A DNA stretch of 64,000 bases from Octopus sinensis (lineage: Eukaryota), in the NCBI RefSeq assembly GCF_006345805.1, contig NC_043012.1:57474001-57538000 (forward strand), read 5' to 3'. Below the pieces are notes generated by a model that was given only the letters and a program-made list of their open reading frames with translations, was not told the origin of the DNA and did not search any database. Position numbers and translations under genes: made by a program. Each line of letters begins with the position of its first letter. The first letter of the stretch is position 1. Below, in pieces: positions 35,745-48,149 of this stretch.

Positions 35745-38700
35745 GCCACGTAAAAAGCAGTGGTGCTGGTGTCACATAAAAAGCAGTGGTGCTGGTGTCA
35801 CATAAAAAGTATTGATGCTGGTGTCACATAAAAAGTATTGATGCTGGTGTCACATAAAAAGTATTGATGCTGGTGCCACGTAAAAAGCACTGGTGCTGGT
35901 GTCACATAAAAAGTATTGATGCTGGTGCCACGTAAAAAGCACTGGTGCTGGTGTCACATAAAAAGTATTGATGCTGGTGCCATGTAAAAAGCAGTGGTGC
36001 TGGTGTCACATAAAAAGTATTGATGCTGGTGCCACGTAAAAAGCAGTGGTGCTGGTGTCACATAAAAAGTATTGATGCTGGTGCCACGTAAAAAGCAGTG
36101 GTGCTGGTGTCACATAAAAAGTACTGGTGCCATGTAAAAAGCACTGGTGCTGGTGTCACATAAAAAGCACTGGTGCTGGTGTCACATAAAAAGCACTGGT
36201 GCTGGTGTCACATAAAAAGCACTGGTGTCATGTAAAAAGCACTGGTGCTGGTGTCACATAAAAAGCACTGGTGCTGGTGTCACATAAAAAGCACTGGTGC
36301 TGGTGTCACATAAAAAGCATTGATGCTGGTGCCATGTAAAAAGCACTGGTGCTGGTGTCACATAAAAAGCACTGGTGCTGGTGTCACATAAAAAAGCACT
36401 GGTGCTGGTGTCACATAAAAAGTATTGATGCTGGTGCCATGTAAAAAGCACTGGTGCTGGTGTCACATAAAAAGCACTGGTGCTGGTGTCACATAAAAAG
36501 CACTGGTGCTGGTGTCACATAAAAAGTATTGATGCTGGTGCCACGTAAAAAGCAGTGGTGCTGGTGTCACATAAAAAGTATTGATGCTGGTGCCATGTAA
36601 AAAGCACTGGTGCTGGTGTCACATAAAAAGCACTGGTGCTGGTGTCACATAAAAAGTATTGATGCTGGTGCCATGTAAAAAGCACTGGTGCTGGTGTCAC
36701 ATAAAAAGCACTGGTGCTGGTGTCACATAAAAAGCACTGGTGCTGGTGTCACATAAAAAGTATTGATGCTGGTGCCACGTAAAAAGCAGTGGTGCTGGTG
36801 TCACATAAAAAGTATTGATGCTGGTGCCATGTAAAAAGCACTGGTGCTGGTGTCACATAAAAAGCACTGGTGCTGGTGTCACATAAAAAAGCACTGGTGC
36901 TGGTGTCACATAAAAAGTATTGATGCTGGTGCCATGTAAAAAGCACTGGTGCTGGTGTCACATAAAAAGCACTGGTGCTGGTGTCACATAAAAAGCACTG
37001 GTGCTGGTGTCACATAAAAAGTATTGATGCTGGTGCCACGTAAAAAGCAGTGGTGCTGGTGTCACATAAAAAGTATTGATGCTGGTGCCATGTAAAAAGC
37101 ACTGGTGCTGGTGTCACATAAAAAGCACTGGTGCTGGTGTCACATAAAAAGTATTGATGCTGGTGCCATGTAAAAAGCACTGGTGCTGGTGTCACATAAA
37201 AGCACTGGTGCTGGTGTCACATAAAAAAGCACTGGTGCTGGTGTCACATAAAAAGTATTGATGCTGGTGCCATGTAAAAAGCACTGGTGCTGGTGGTCAC
37301 ATAAAAGCACTGGTGCTGGTGTCACATAAAAAAGCACTGGTGCTGGGTCACATAAAAAGTATTGATGCTGGGTCCATGTAAAAAGCACTGGTGCTGGTGT
37401 CACATAAAAGCACTGGTGCTGGTGTCACATAAAAAGCACTGGTGCTGGTGTCACATAAAAAGTATTGATGCTGGTGCCATGTAAAAAGCACTGGTGCTGG
37501 TGTCACATAAAAAGCACTGGTGCTGGTGTCACATAAAAAAGCACTGGTGCTGGTGTCACATAAAAAGTATTGATGCTGGTGCCATGTAAAAAGCACTGGT
37601 GCTGGTGTCACATAAAAAGCACTGGTGCTGGTGTCACATAAAAAGCACTGGTGCTGGTGTCACATAAAAAGTATTGATGCTGGTGCCATGTAAAAAGCAC
37701 TGGTGCTGGTGTCACATAAAAAAGCACTGGTGCTGGTGTCACATAAAAAGTATTGATGCTGGTGCCATGTAAAAAGCACTGGTGCTGGTGTCACATAAAA
37801 AGCACTGGTGCTGGTGTCACATAAAAAAGCACTGGTGCTGGTGTCACATAAAAAGTATTGATGCTGGTGCCATGTAAAAGCACTGGTGCTGGTGTCACAT
37901 AAAAAGCACTGGTGCTGGTGTCACATAAAAAAGCACTGGTGCTGGTGTCACATAAAAAGTATTGATGCTGGTGCCATGTAAAAAGCACTGGTGCTGGTGT
38001 CACATAAAAGCACTGGTGCTGGTGTCACATAAAAAGTATGATGCTGGTGCCATGTAAAAAGCACTGGTGCTGGTGTCACATAAAAAAGCACTGGTGCTGG
38101 TGTCACATAAAAAGTATTGATGCTGGTGCCATGTAAAAAGCACTGGTGCTGGTGTCACATAAAAAGCACTGGTGCTGGTGTCACATAAAAAAGCACTGGT
38201 GCTGGTGTCACATAAAAAGTATTGATGCTGGTGCCATGTAAAAAGCACTGGTGCTGGTGTCACATAAAAGCACTGGTGCTGGGTCACATAAAAAAGCACT
38301 GGTGCTGGTGTCACATAAAAAGTATTGATGCTGGTGCCATGTAAAAAGCACTGGTGCTGGTGTCACATAAAAAGCACTGGTGCTGGTGTCACATAAAAAG
38401 TATTGATGCTGGTGCCATGTAAAAAGCACTGGTGCTGGTGTCACATAAAAAAGCACTGGTGCTGGTGTCACATAAAAAGTATTGATGCTGGTGCCATGTA
38501 AAAAGCACTGGTGCTGGTGTCACATAAAAAGCACTGGTGCTGGTGTCACATAAAAAAGCACTGGTGCTGGTGTCACATAAAAAGTATTGATGCTGGTGCC
38601 ATGTAAAAAGCACTGGTGCTGGTGTCACATAAAAAGCACTGGTGCTGGTGTCACATAAAAAGCACTGTGCTGGTGTCACATAAAAAGTATTGATGCTGGT

Positions 38701-39250
38701 GCCATGTAAAAAGCACTGGTGCTGGTGTCACATAAAAAGCACTGGTGCTGGTGTCACATAAAAAGTATTGATGCTGGTGCCATGTAAAAAGCACTGGTGC
38801 TGGTGTCACATAAAAAAGCACTGGTGCTGGTGTCACATAAAAAGTATTGATGCTGGTGCCATGTAAAAGCACTGGTGCTGGTGTCACATAAAAAAGCACT
38901 GGTGCTGGTGTCACATAAAAAGTATTGATGCTGGTGCCATGTAAAAAGCACTGGTGCTGGTGTCACATAAAAAGCACTGGTGCTGGTGTCACATAAAAAG
39001 TATTGATGCTGGTGCCATGTAAAAAGCACTGGTGCTGGTGTCACATAAAAAAGCACTGGTGCTGGTGTCACATAAAAAGTATTGATGCTGGTGCCATGTA
39101 AAAAGCACTGGTGCTGGTGTCACATAAAAAAGCACTGGTGCTGGTGTCACATAAAAAGCACTGGTGCTGGTGTCACATAAAAAGCACTGGTGCTGGTGTC
39201 ACATAAAAAGTATTGATGCTGGTGCCATGTAAAAAGTACTGGTGCTGGTT
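35745..39250. repeat. ~3.5-kb minisatellite, 26-bp unit, two main variants
   Basis: Units ctggtgctggtgtcacataaaaag(c/t)a and ttgatgctggtgcca(t/c)gtaaaaagca; roughly 135 units by length. Confidence 0.97.
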
Positions 39251-39420
39251 TCACACTGAAAGCACCCAGTGCACTCTGTAAAATGGTTGGCATTAGGAAG
39301 GACACCCAGTTGTGGAAACCAAGCCAAAACGGACTATGGAACCTGACCTTGCCAGCTCCTGTGAAGCCATCCAACCCATGCCAGCATGGAAAACCCAATG
39401 TTAAATGATGATGATGATGA
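39251..39420 (+). mobile_element. RTE 3' tail contiguous with the minisatellite
   Basis: 'aagcacccagtgcactc...ggttggcattaggaagg...tccaacccatgccagcatggaaaa...gttaaatgatgatgatg'. Confidence 0.85.
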
Positions 39421-40175
39421 CTTCCAATCTATACACACCTTCACTGGCTCATACATACATAAAAGAACAAGTTGTGACTTGAAGTGGATTACACACCTAT
39501 TTCCTATTGGTCGAGCGATACTGTTGTTTGTGATAAGTTTCGTGTTGCCTGGAAGTGCTACTTCCAATAGACAAGTGTCGCAGACAGGAGAATGAAACTG
39601 AAGCTAACACACAGCTGCAAAAGCAATAAAGTTTCCTTCTTGAGTCAAACCAACTTATAAGGGCTGGTTTCCTGGTTTCATGACAAATATATCCCCCACT
39701 TGGATGAGATGCTGATCTGTCACAGGATTACTCATTCTTGCCAGCTGCGAGGAGTTGAGCAACAGGAAATGAAGTGTTTTGCTTAAGGACACAACAGGTC
39801 GCCCACTCCAGGAACTGAAACTGCAATCTTACGATCATGAGTCCCACACCCCTAACTAAGTCATGTGCCTTCATAAAATAATTCAAGTTCCATGCCTTTG
39901 CTCCTGCTATCTCTCTGTCAACCCTCAGGCAGTGTTTATGTGGCAAATGATATTGACACTGCTGGATTGAATGGTACTGTTCAGGTGTGGAAACCATCAT
40001 GACATCCATCAGGCAGCCGATGATGGCAATACATGTTTCATATGCTTGTTGCTTGTGAATCTTTTATTATTTTCATATGGTCGAACTTGTTAAACGATTG
40101 ATGGTTTATGGCAGTTTTGTTTGTATTATTACAAATATTGATACTGCAGGATCATGTTCCTTGATAGTTGAATTA

Positions 40176-40394
40176 TGAGTGGGTGGCTGAAAAGTTCCTG
40201 ATTTTAGAGTTATCCCAAAAGGCCTCAGTTGGAGGCCTAACCTTCTGAGTTCTTTTACAGGGCTTAGAAAAACTGAATGATAACTGCTATAAGTGTATGA
40301 ATCTGAAGAGAGAATATGTTGAATAAAGTCATAATTATCTGTTCTAATCTTTTTTCCTTTTACCTAAAGTCAAGAGCTTTTCAGCATCTTCTCA
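40176..40394. mobile_element. Tc1/mariner-type MITE, uninterrupted relative of 30254-30697 (opposite orientation)
   Basis: tgagtgggtggctgaaaagttcctga ... tcaagagcttttcagcatcttctca; internal sequence matches the reverse complement of 30254-30440. Confidence 0.7.
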
Positions 40395-40495
40395 TTTGCT
40401 GGGATAATATTAAAGTGTGTGTGTGTATATATATTTATATATATATATATGTATATATATGGGTGTGTACATATGTCTATATGTATTCATATGTT

Positions 40496-40549
<54 letters not shown>

Positions 40550-41093
40550 ATGATGTGTGTGTATGTTTATATGTTTGTATGTATGCATATGTATATATTT
40601 GTGTGTTCATATGTTTATATATATTTATAAAAATGTATACTATGAAGAAAAGTAAGACCAGTAATTTAATCCATAAACATGGCTCCGATTTCAGATGAAT
40701 TTAAAGAACAAGTATACATGATACATTAAAAATATATACATGATACATTAAGAATATATGAATACATAGACATTTAAAAAAAAAATCTATAAATAAATAA
40801 ATATATTAAACATATTTATAAGATAATGGATTTAAAAAAAAATTTTCGATGTAGACATAGATATATTAAAACATACATGTATATGTAAATATATTGAATA
40901 AGTCTGATGTAGCGATGAAAGTGAAATAAAGATACAAGGAAGAAAGAAATTAAAAGTCAGGATAGTTAAAAATTGTTAAAACAGGGTGCCAATGGTACCC
41001 TATGATATATATAATATAATATTATATATATATATAAATTAACAATTGAGGAAAAAATCTTTAAAAGAAATTATCAGTAGTACCCTCAATATA

Positions 41094-41141
<48 letters not shown>

Positions 41142-41229
41142 GTGTGTGTGCGTGTGTGTGTGTGTGTGCATATGTGTTTGTGTGTGTGTATATATATATG
41201 TGTGTGTGTGTGTGTGTATGTATGTATAT

Positions 41230-44200
41230 AAACCTAGATCAGAACATCAAACTCCCACGTGTTATTTGGCCAGAAGGCAACATCATCTCTGGGATGTCGC
41301 TGCATGAACAAAAGATTGTAGAGTCATTATTTGAACTTGCTAAGAAGCTGTTCATGGAGCATGTGATACTTAAGCCAAACAGGGGAAACAAAATATTGGA
41401 CCTATACTGCACAAATAATGTGGACCTTATCCATAATGTGAAGGTGATACCAACAGCACTCTCAGATCAGAACATTGTTGAACTAACTATGTATGGTCCT
41501 GTGCGAACTGTTGGTATCTAACCTATCAATAGGACTCAAACCTTATCCAACCTGAAGGCAAAATGAGAATCAATCCGCAAAGAGATCCACAAATGAAACT
41601 GGTCCAACATTCTGTGTATGTGAGACATTGACCTGAAACTCAGCCAGTTTATGTCAACAGTGCAAGCTATATGCACTAAATATATCCCAGAAAGAAAGGC
41701 CAGCGCACTGCCAAACAAGATTCCCAGGGACAGAGAAACCCTCATGAGACGTAGGTCAAAGATCTCAAAGCTGCTGAATAGGATACTGAAGGACAGAGAG
41801 AAGTCTATCTTAATATGGATGCTCTTAGAAATTGAAAAGATCAAACTCTCTCATGAAAGGGAAAGAGCAGAGAGAGAGAAGAAAGCTGTGGAAAGCGTAA
41901 AAACAAAATCTAAAGCTTTCTATAAATTTGCAATGGAAACAGCCACAATGCAATATAAAATAGGACCATTGTTCCAAAGGATTGACTAACTGACAGCGGA
42001 CCCAGAAAGGATAAGTGTCTTCACCTCCCCCCTTGGACACATGCAAATAAAAAATCCAGCTGAATTCTTTGATATTGCAGCTCTAAAAAAGAAGGCGCTG
42101 GCCATCGATTACATTAACTTTGAGGAAACAGATGTAACAGCGGCCATAGATGATGGCTTCCCAGTTATTCTTCTAATGTCATGTAGGCTTTAGTGAAACC
42201 ACTTCAGATACTTTTTCAAAGTTTCCTTGTATGTGGTAAACTACCTAAAAAGCTGAAAGAAGGCATTATATGCCCTATCCACAAAGATGGAAGCAGAGCA
42301 GAGGCCAAAAAGTACAGGCCAATCTCTCTGACTTTGCATATCAGTAAAGTCATGGAGCAAATTGTCAGAAAGAAATTGATAATGTTCCTAGAAGAAAGCA
42401 ACCTATTGAACAATACTCAGCATGGCTTCCATCCAGGAAGAAGCTGCCTTACACAGTTCCTACAATACTTGGACTGGGTTTCGAAACAGCTGCTTGACCA
42501 TTCAGATGTCAGTGTGATATACCTTGACTTCGCAAAGGCATTTGATAAGGTAGATCATGGTATGATAAGTCATAAGCTATGAGACCTTGGCATTGCTGGT
42601 AAACTGGGAGAGTGGTTGCATGAGTTCCTTAAAAACAGAAGTCAGGTAGTTGCAGCCAATGGTGCCGTTTCTGAGGAAACTCAAATCCAAAGTGGTGTCC
42701 CCTGGGGAACTGCTCTGGGGCCATTAAAGTTCATGATAGCCCTCTTAGACATGCCCACCGTCACTTGGACAGCCACTGTCACTAGCTACGCCAATGATAC
42801 AAAATTATCACAGGCAGTAAAAAACCAAGATGATATCACAAGCTTACAGAGAGGCCTAAATTCAATATACAAGTTGGCTGAAATAAACAACATGCAGTTA
42901 TGCAGTTTAATGCTGGAATATTTCAAGCACTTCACTATCAACTCACGAATGCAGTACAATCTACATATACAGGACCCAAAGGCACTACTATCTCAGTCAC
43001 AAGCAGTAAAAGACTTGGGGATCAGTATGTGCAATGACGCATCATTTTATATGTACGCTAGCAATATCGCCCGGCGTTGCTCGGGTTTGTAAGGGAAATA
43101 ACTATATGAGCATTTTTAGAGAGTTATAGCCAAAAAATAGCAAAAAAATGCATTAAAAATGGAAAAAAAATGATGGTAATTTTTTTTTTTAAATCGTTGA
43201 CTCATCGTAAACATTTTTAGAGAGTTACTTCCCTTATATAATAGCGAAAAAATGCATTAAAATGGAAAAAAAAAAAAAATGATGGTAATTTTTTTTTTTT
43301 AAATCGTTGACTCATCGTAACATTTTTAGAGAGTTACTTCCCTTATATAATAGCGAAAAATGCATTAAATTAAAATGGAAAAAAATGATGGTAAATTTTT
43401 TTTAAATCGTAGACTCATCGTAGACGTGCGCTAATACCCAGAAAGGCTCGATATGAATCATGACTATAAGATACCCAGTTTTGGTTAAACTGCACCGCAA
43501 AATGTGGGAGTAGTTAGGAATCTAAATTGTAGGAGACAGACACAAAAAAAAAAAAAAAAAAAATATAAAGATTAGCAAGGATGGCAGTAAAGTGCAGACA
43601 ACTGACAGAATGGATATCGAGGTCCTTCAAGAGATCAAGAAACTACGTTGGCCCTGTGTAGATCCTTTGTTCTCATGCACCTGGACTACTGCTCCCAGTT
43701 TTGGTCAACACATAGTGCCAAATGAACAGTGGAGCTTGAAGCAGTCCAATGCCACTACACTAAAAAGATTGAAACAGTGCAATGGATGAGCTACAGAGAT
43801 AGGCTGAAAAAACCACAGTTTTACTCCCTGGAGTGAAGGCGTGAGAGATATGCAATGATATACATATGGAAAATCCTAGAAAGGCTAGTACCTAACTTTG
43901 GCATTGAGTGTTATACAAATGCCAGAACTGGCAGCCATTGTACTGTACCAAATGCATCTAAATTCAGGACCAGGTACTGCAACAGTCTAGGGTTCAAAGG
44001 CCCACAGCTCTTCAATGTCCTGCCACAAAAATTAAGAAATTTGCATAAGGTGGAAGTAGATGTCTCCTCCTCTCCACAATACTGAATGAACTAACAGACT
44101 GACATGAGATACAGACGAGGGCAGTGGAATCAAACTCCCATAGTGACCAAATGTACCAACAGCTGGGACAAAGGCACATACAGGAGTGCTGATGTGAAAC

Positions 44201-44270
44201 ATCCAGACTGAAGAAGTCCAAAAGACCATGGTGTTGCATGGCTGCATAGCTGAAACGAGTAAAAGAATAC
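41230..44270 (+). mobile_element. Decayed CR1-group LINE ORF2 (endonuclease C-terminus, RT, 3' end), interrupted by a Helitron
   Basis: 'RGNKILDLYCTN...ALSDQNIV', 'ICPIHKDGSR...YRPISLT', 'QHGFHPGRSCLTQ', 'IYLDFAKAFDKVDH', 'SGVPWGTALGP', 'YANDTKL', 'IYIWKILERLVPN', 'GPQLFNVLP'; many stops and frameshifts. Confidence 0.9.
43058..43571 (-). mobile_element. Non-autonomous Helitron inserted in the LINE
   Basis: Minus strand: 5'-TC...hairpin cccgagcaacgccggg...CTAG-3'; no TSD; LINE-like coding sequence resumes after it; three ~110-bp internal repeats. Confidence 0.85.
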
Positions 44271-44314
44271 ATAAGTTCATATGTCTATATGTATATATAT
44301 TTCTTTTCTGTGTA

Positions 44315-44352
44315 TCTTTCTGTCGAAGAGCGTAGGCTCGAAATGTAAAAGA
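44315..44352 (+). ncRNA. Second copy of the variant-core (CUGUCGA) hammerhead-like motif
   Basis: UCUUU-CUGUCGA-A-GAGC(GUAG)GCUC-GAAAUGUA-AAAGA, within element 44300-44452; one C>T (CpG-type) change versus 17483-17520. Confidence 0.6.
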
Positions 44353-44499
44353 CTTGTTCTATTTTTATTCCTGAGCACCATACTAATACATTTGTTGTTT
44401 GTACTCCACCTGCCTTCGTTTTGTTTATTTTCGTAAACCTTCTCGTTATATACTTTGATACTTTGATAGGTTTCGGCCATTATTGCCCAGGCCTGTCTA

Positions 44500-44541
<42 letters not shown>

Positions 44542-44545
<4 letters not shown>

Positions 44546-44707
44546 TCATCATCATCATCGTTTAACGTCCGTTCTCCATGCTAGCAGGGGTTGGACGGTT
44601 CGACCGGGGATCTGGGAAGCCAGAAGGCTGCACCAGGCTCCAGTCTTATCTGGCAATGTTTCTACAGCTGGATGCCCTTCCTAACGCCAACCACTCCGTG
44701 AGTGTAG
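44542..44707 (-). mobile_element. RTE 3' tail inside (TA)n
   Basis: Reverse complement of the 29928-30090 type sequence, with (CAT)n. Confidence 0.85.
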
Positions 44708-44738
44708 TTATTCGTATATATTCATATGTTTATATATA

Positions 44739-44773
<35 letters not shown>

Positions 44774-45880
44774 TCATATGTTTATATATATATGTATACA
44801 TATGTGTGTGTGTATATATATATTATATAGTTTAAGTGTACCCCTGATGCGTTGGGCGATATGATATGCTTGAGAAGACCTGTTGAATCACATAATACCA
44901 ATATCATAGCTGTGGCCAGTGACCCCTGACTGGCTCTCATTCTGGTGGCACATAAAAAGCAGCATCTGAACATGGCTGATGCCAGGTCTGCCTGACAGGC
45001 TCCTGTACCGGTGGCACATAAAAAGCACTAGAGACAATATGGGTGGGAAGTGGTGTATCTATGATCATAAGCTTTGTAATAGTCTCTATGTCATAGATGC
45101 AATCAAGGCATGAATGGGAGAGTGAGTCTCTACTGCAATATTTAGATCAGGAGATTGTCATTGTTATCATCTCTAATGCATTAAGATTAAAAGTTGACAT
45201 TGGTAGATTCAACTGCATTATTGAAATCAAGAGAGTTGTCTTGCTGTCATAATGTCAATTGTGGAAGGAACTGGATGTTTTAGAGTTGACATTTTTTTTC
45301 CCTTTTTTTGTAAGACATGGTAATTATATGTGGTCTCTGTTTTTCAAATGTAAGCTGGTCTTATTATCAAAAGTCAGCATGATACCAGATACCGGAATCC
45401 TGGCTGTTCAAAGATGTCTATGTTGTGTGTTGGATGAGTCAGATGCATAAAGAAGTCTCAGTTGTTTTATAACAGCTGGTTCATATACAGACATTGTTAT
45501 ATTCTTCAGGAGGTTGTTGCTGTTGCAAAGGCCAACCAATGTTCTCTCAGGAGGAGGTGGTTGCTTATGATCAGGTGGTTGTGTTATATTTTGCTGACCA
45601 GTGACTATTTATGGAATATGTCAATGCTACTTTTAAAAGCTGTTGTTAGGAATTAGCTGAATGTTTTATAGTAGCCATGTTATCATGAATGACAATAGGA
45701 TTGTAGCCTTCCTGTTATTAATAACAGTAGGTATGCATTGTTGTAGATATATTCTTCATGTTTATTGTTAACAATAGCTGAATGTGAAGAGTAGCCTCCA
45801 TGTTGTTGCTAACAAGTACAGAGTGCTAGAATTGAAGTCTCCATGTTAACTATGTACAACAGTTGATTCTTATATATATA

Positions 45881-46527
45881 CAGGGTTGGCCAAAAGTCAC
45901 CTGACAGTAAATCAAAATTCCATAAATACTTAATATTCAATTTTATTTACTCTTTACTCTTTTACTTGTTTCAGTCATTTGACTGCAGCCATGATGGAGC
46001 ACCGCCTTTAGTCGAGCAAATCGACCCCAGGACTTATTCTTCAGGAGCCTAGTACTTATTCTATTGGTCTCTTTTGCCGAACTGCTAAGTTACAGGGATG
46101 TAAACACACCAGCATTGGTTGTCAAACGATGTTGTGGGCGGGGGGGAGAGACAAACACACACACATATATACATACATATACATATATACAACGGGCTTC
46201 TTTCAGTTTCCACCTACCAAATCCACTCACAAGGCTTTGGTTGGCCCGATGCTATAGTAGAAGGCACTTGCCCAAGGTGCCATGCAGTGGGATTGAACCC
46301 AGAACCATGTGGTTGGTAGACAAGCTACTTACCACACAGCCACTCCTGCGCCTATTTATTCATTCCAATTATGAATGCTTAATAATTGAATGCTGTGAGT
46401 TAAAAATCGTTTTATTTTTCAACATTTGTCTATTTGTTAGCGAAGTCTCTTATAAAATAAATTTTTGCTTTAATCTTGGAATTGAATGGGTTTTGATTTA
46501 ATGTTAGGTGACTTTTGGCCAACCTCG
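45881..46527. mobile_element. Tc1/mariner-type MITE hosting a family A SINE (45945-46352, -)
   Basis: TA-cagggttggccaaaagtcacctgacagtaaatcaaaa ... ttttgatttaatgttaggtgacttttggccaacctcg-TA. Confidence 0.85.
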
Positions 46528-47185
46528 TATATGTATGCAGCCTTCATCTTATTGATAATGTCAGTAGGTTGATGTAGCTAAGTTAATCAGTATGATGTAT
46601 AAATCAGGGATTTTTATCATAAATGTTGTACATGTGATCTTCAGCACACATGACAAGGTATTATAGAAAAGAAAATAAAGCACAGTGTTAATGTAGAAAC
46701 AATTACTGCTGCTGCATTGATATGGGGACATGTAAAAGTGACATGGGACATGTAAAAGCCCCCAGCACACTTTGTAAAGCAGTTGGCATTAGGAAGGGCA
46801 TACAGTTGTAGAAACCATGACAAATCAGACTGGAGTCTGGTGCAGACCCCCCCCCCCAGCTTGCCAGCTCTGGTCAAACCATTCAGACCCATGCCAGCAT
46901 GGACAACGGATATTAAATGATGATGATAATGATTATGATGATACAAACTAGTTGGTTTTTCTATTTTCATTTTCCTGTCTTTGAGAAGATGGAAATTGTA
47001 ATTCCAAATTATGCTAGTTATCAACAGTTAGATGTGACAAACTCAGTGCAATTGGTAATATGAGTTCCAAGTATTATACAGTTGCCTTGTTATGATTAGT
47101 TAACAGAAGTAAATCGGTTGATAGATGTTAAATTAGTATATTACTATTAATGAGATCTGAATAATAATGGTAGTCTCTGTGATAT

Positions 47186-47518
47186 TACAGTTCTATATTT
47201 AAGAGATGAGGAATTATGTACATTATTTACATTTGACAGAGATTTGTCTGCATCTTGTTTGTTGTTAACACAACATTTCGGTTGATATATCCTCCGGCCT
47301 TCATCAGGTGTCTTGGGGAAATTTTGAACCTGGGTTCTCATTCCTAAGGTATTTTTAGATATTATTATTATTATTCAGGTCACTGCCTGGAATTGAACTT
47401 GGAATCTTAGGGTTAGAAGCTAATGCTCTTAACCACAATGCCATATGCCCATGGGTGTAGTGATTAAGAGCGCGGGCTACTAACCCCAAGATTCCGAGTT
47501 CGATTCCAGGCAGTGACC

Positions 47519-47551
<33 letters not shown>

Positions 47552-47684
47552 TTGAAAAATACCTTAGGAATGAGTACCCAGGTTCAAAATTTCCCCAAGA
47601 CACCTGATGAAGGCTGGAGGGTATCAGCTGAAACATGTTAACAACAAGCAAAATGAGGACAAATATCCATCAAATGTAAATAAT
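47186..47684. mobile_element. Family E: tRNA-headed, hammerhead-containing SINE inserted as a head-to-head dimer
   Basis: Minus monomer 47450->47186 and plus monomer 47451->47684; box A/B (tggcgtagtgg-like, gagttcgattcc), (AAT)n linker; 13-bp direct repeat gtctctgtgatat at 47173-47185 and 47685-47697. Confidence 0.85.
47267..47312 (-). ncRNA. Minimal hammerhead motif of family E (decayed)
   Basis: GACAC-CUGAUGA-A-GGCCG...CAACC-GAAAUGUU-GUGUU; sister motifs at 47599-47639 (+, stem II GGCUG/CAGCU) and 52502-52544 (-). Confidence 0.65.
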
Positions 47685-47719
47685 GTCTCTGTGATATGTT
47701 CTGAATAATTGTTGAATGT

Positions 47720-48025
47720 CGAAGGCATGTGGCTTAGTGGTTAGAGCATTCAGCTCATGATCATAAGGTTGGGAGTTCAATTCCTGGCAATGCATTGTGT
47801 ACTTGAGCAAGACACTTTATTTCACATTGCTCCAGTCCACTTAGCTGGCAAAAATTTCAAAGGGCCAGCCTTGTCACACTCTGTGTCACACTGAATCTCC
47901 CTGAGAACTACATTAAGGGTGCACGTGTCTGTGGAGTGCTCAACCACTTGCACATTAATTTTACAAGCAGGCTCTTCCATTGCTCATATCAGCTGGGACC
48001 CTCGTCATTGTAACTGACCGAGTGC
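47720..48025 (+). mobile_element. Family D-related SINE with a different 3' half
   Basis: gaaggcatgtggcttagtggtt head, gagttcaattcc box B, 'cttgagcaagacactttatttcacattgctccagt' core, then a distinct tail. Confidence 0.7.
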
Positions 48026-48149
48026 TCCTTTTAATTACTGAATGTCTTAAATATTTCCCCCCTGTTAACAACAATTGCTGGCTGATATCAATATGTTCTA
48101 TATCAGCTGTAAAGCAAGTTGGACACTGCAGAAGTTCGATGTTATATCT

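Noticed and set aside
35745-39250. CRISPR-like array or repetitive-protein CDS
   Set aside because: Units are contiguous with no unique spacers and no cas genes; the ORFs are frame-cycling artefacts of a 26-bp unit.
44458-44497. Minus-strand ggcc...ggcc-gaaac half-hammerhead
   Set aside because: The CUGANGA half is absent, cut off at a (TA)n, so it cannot be called.
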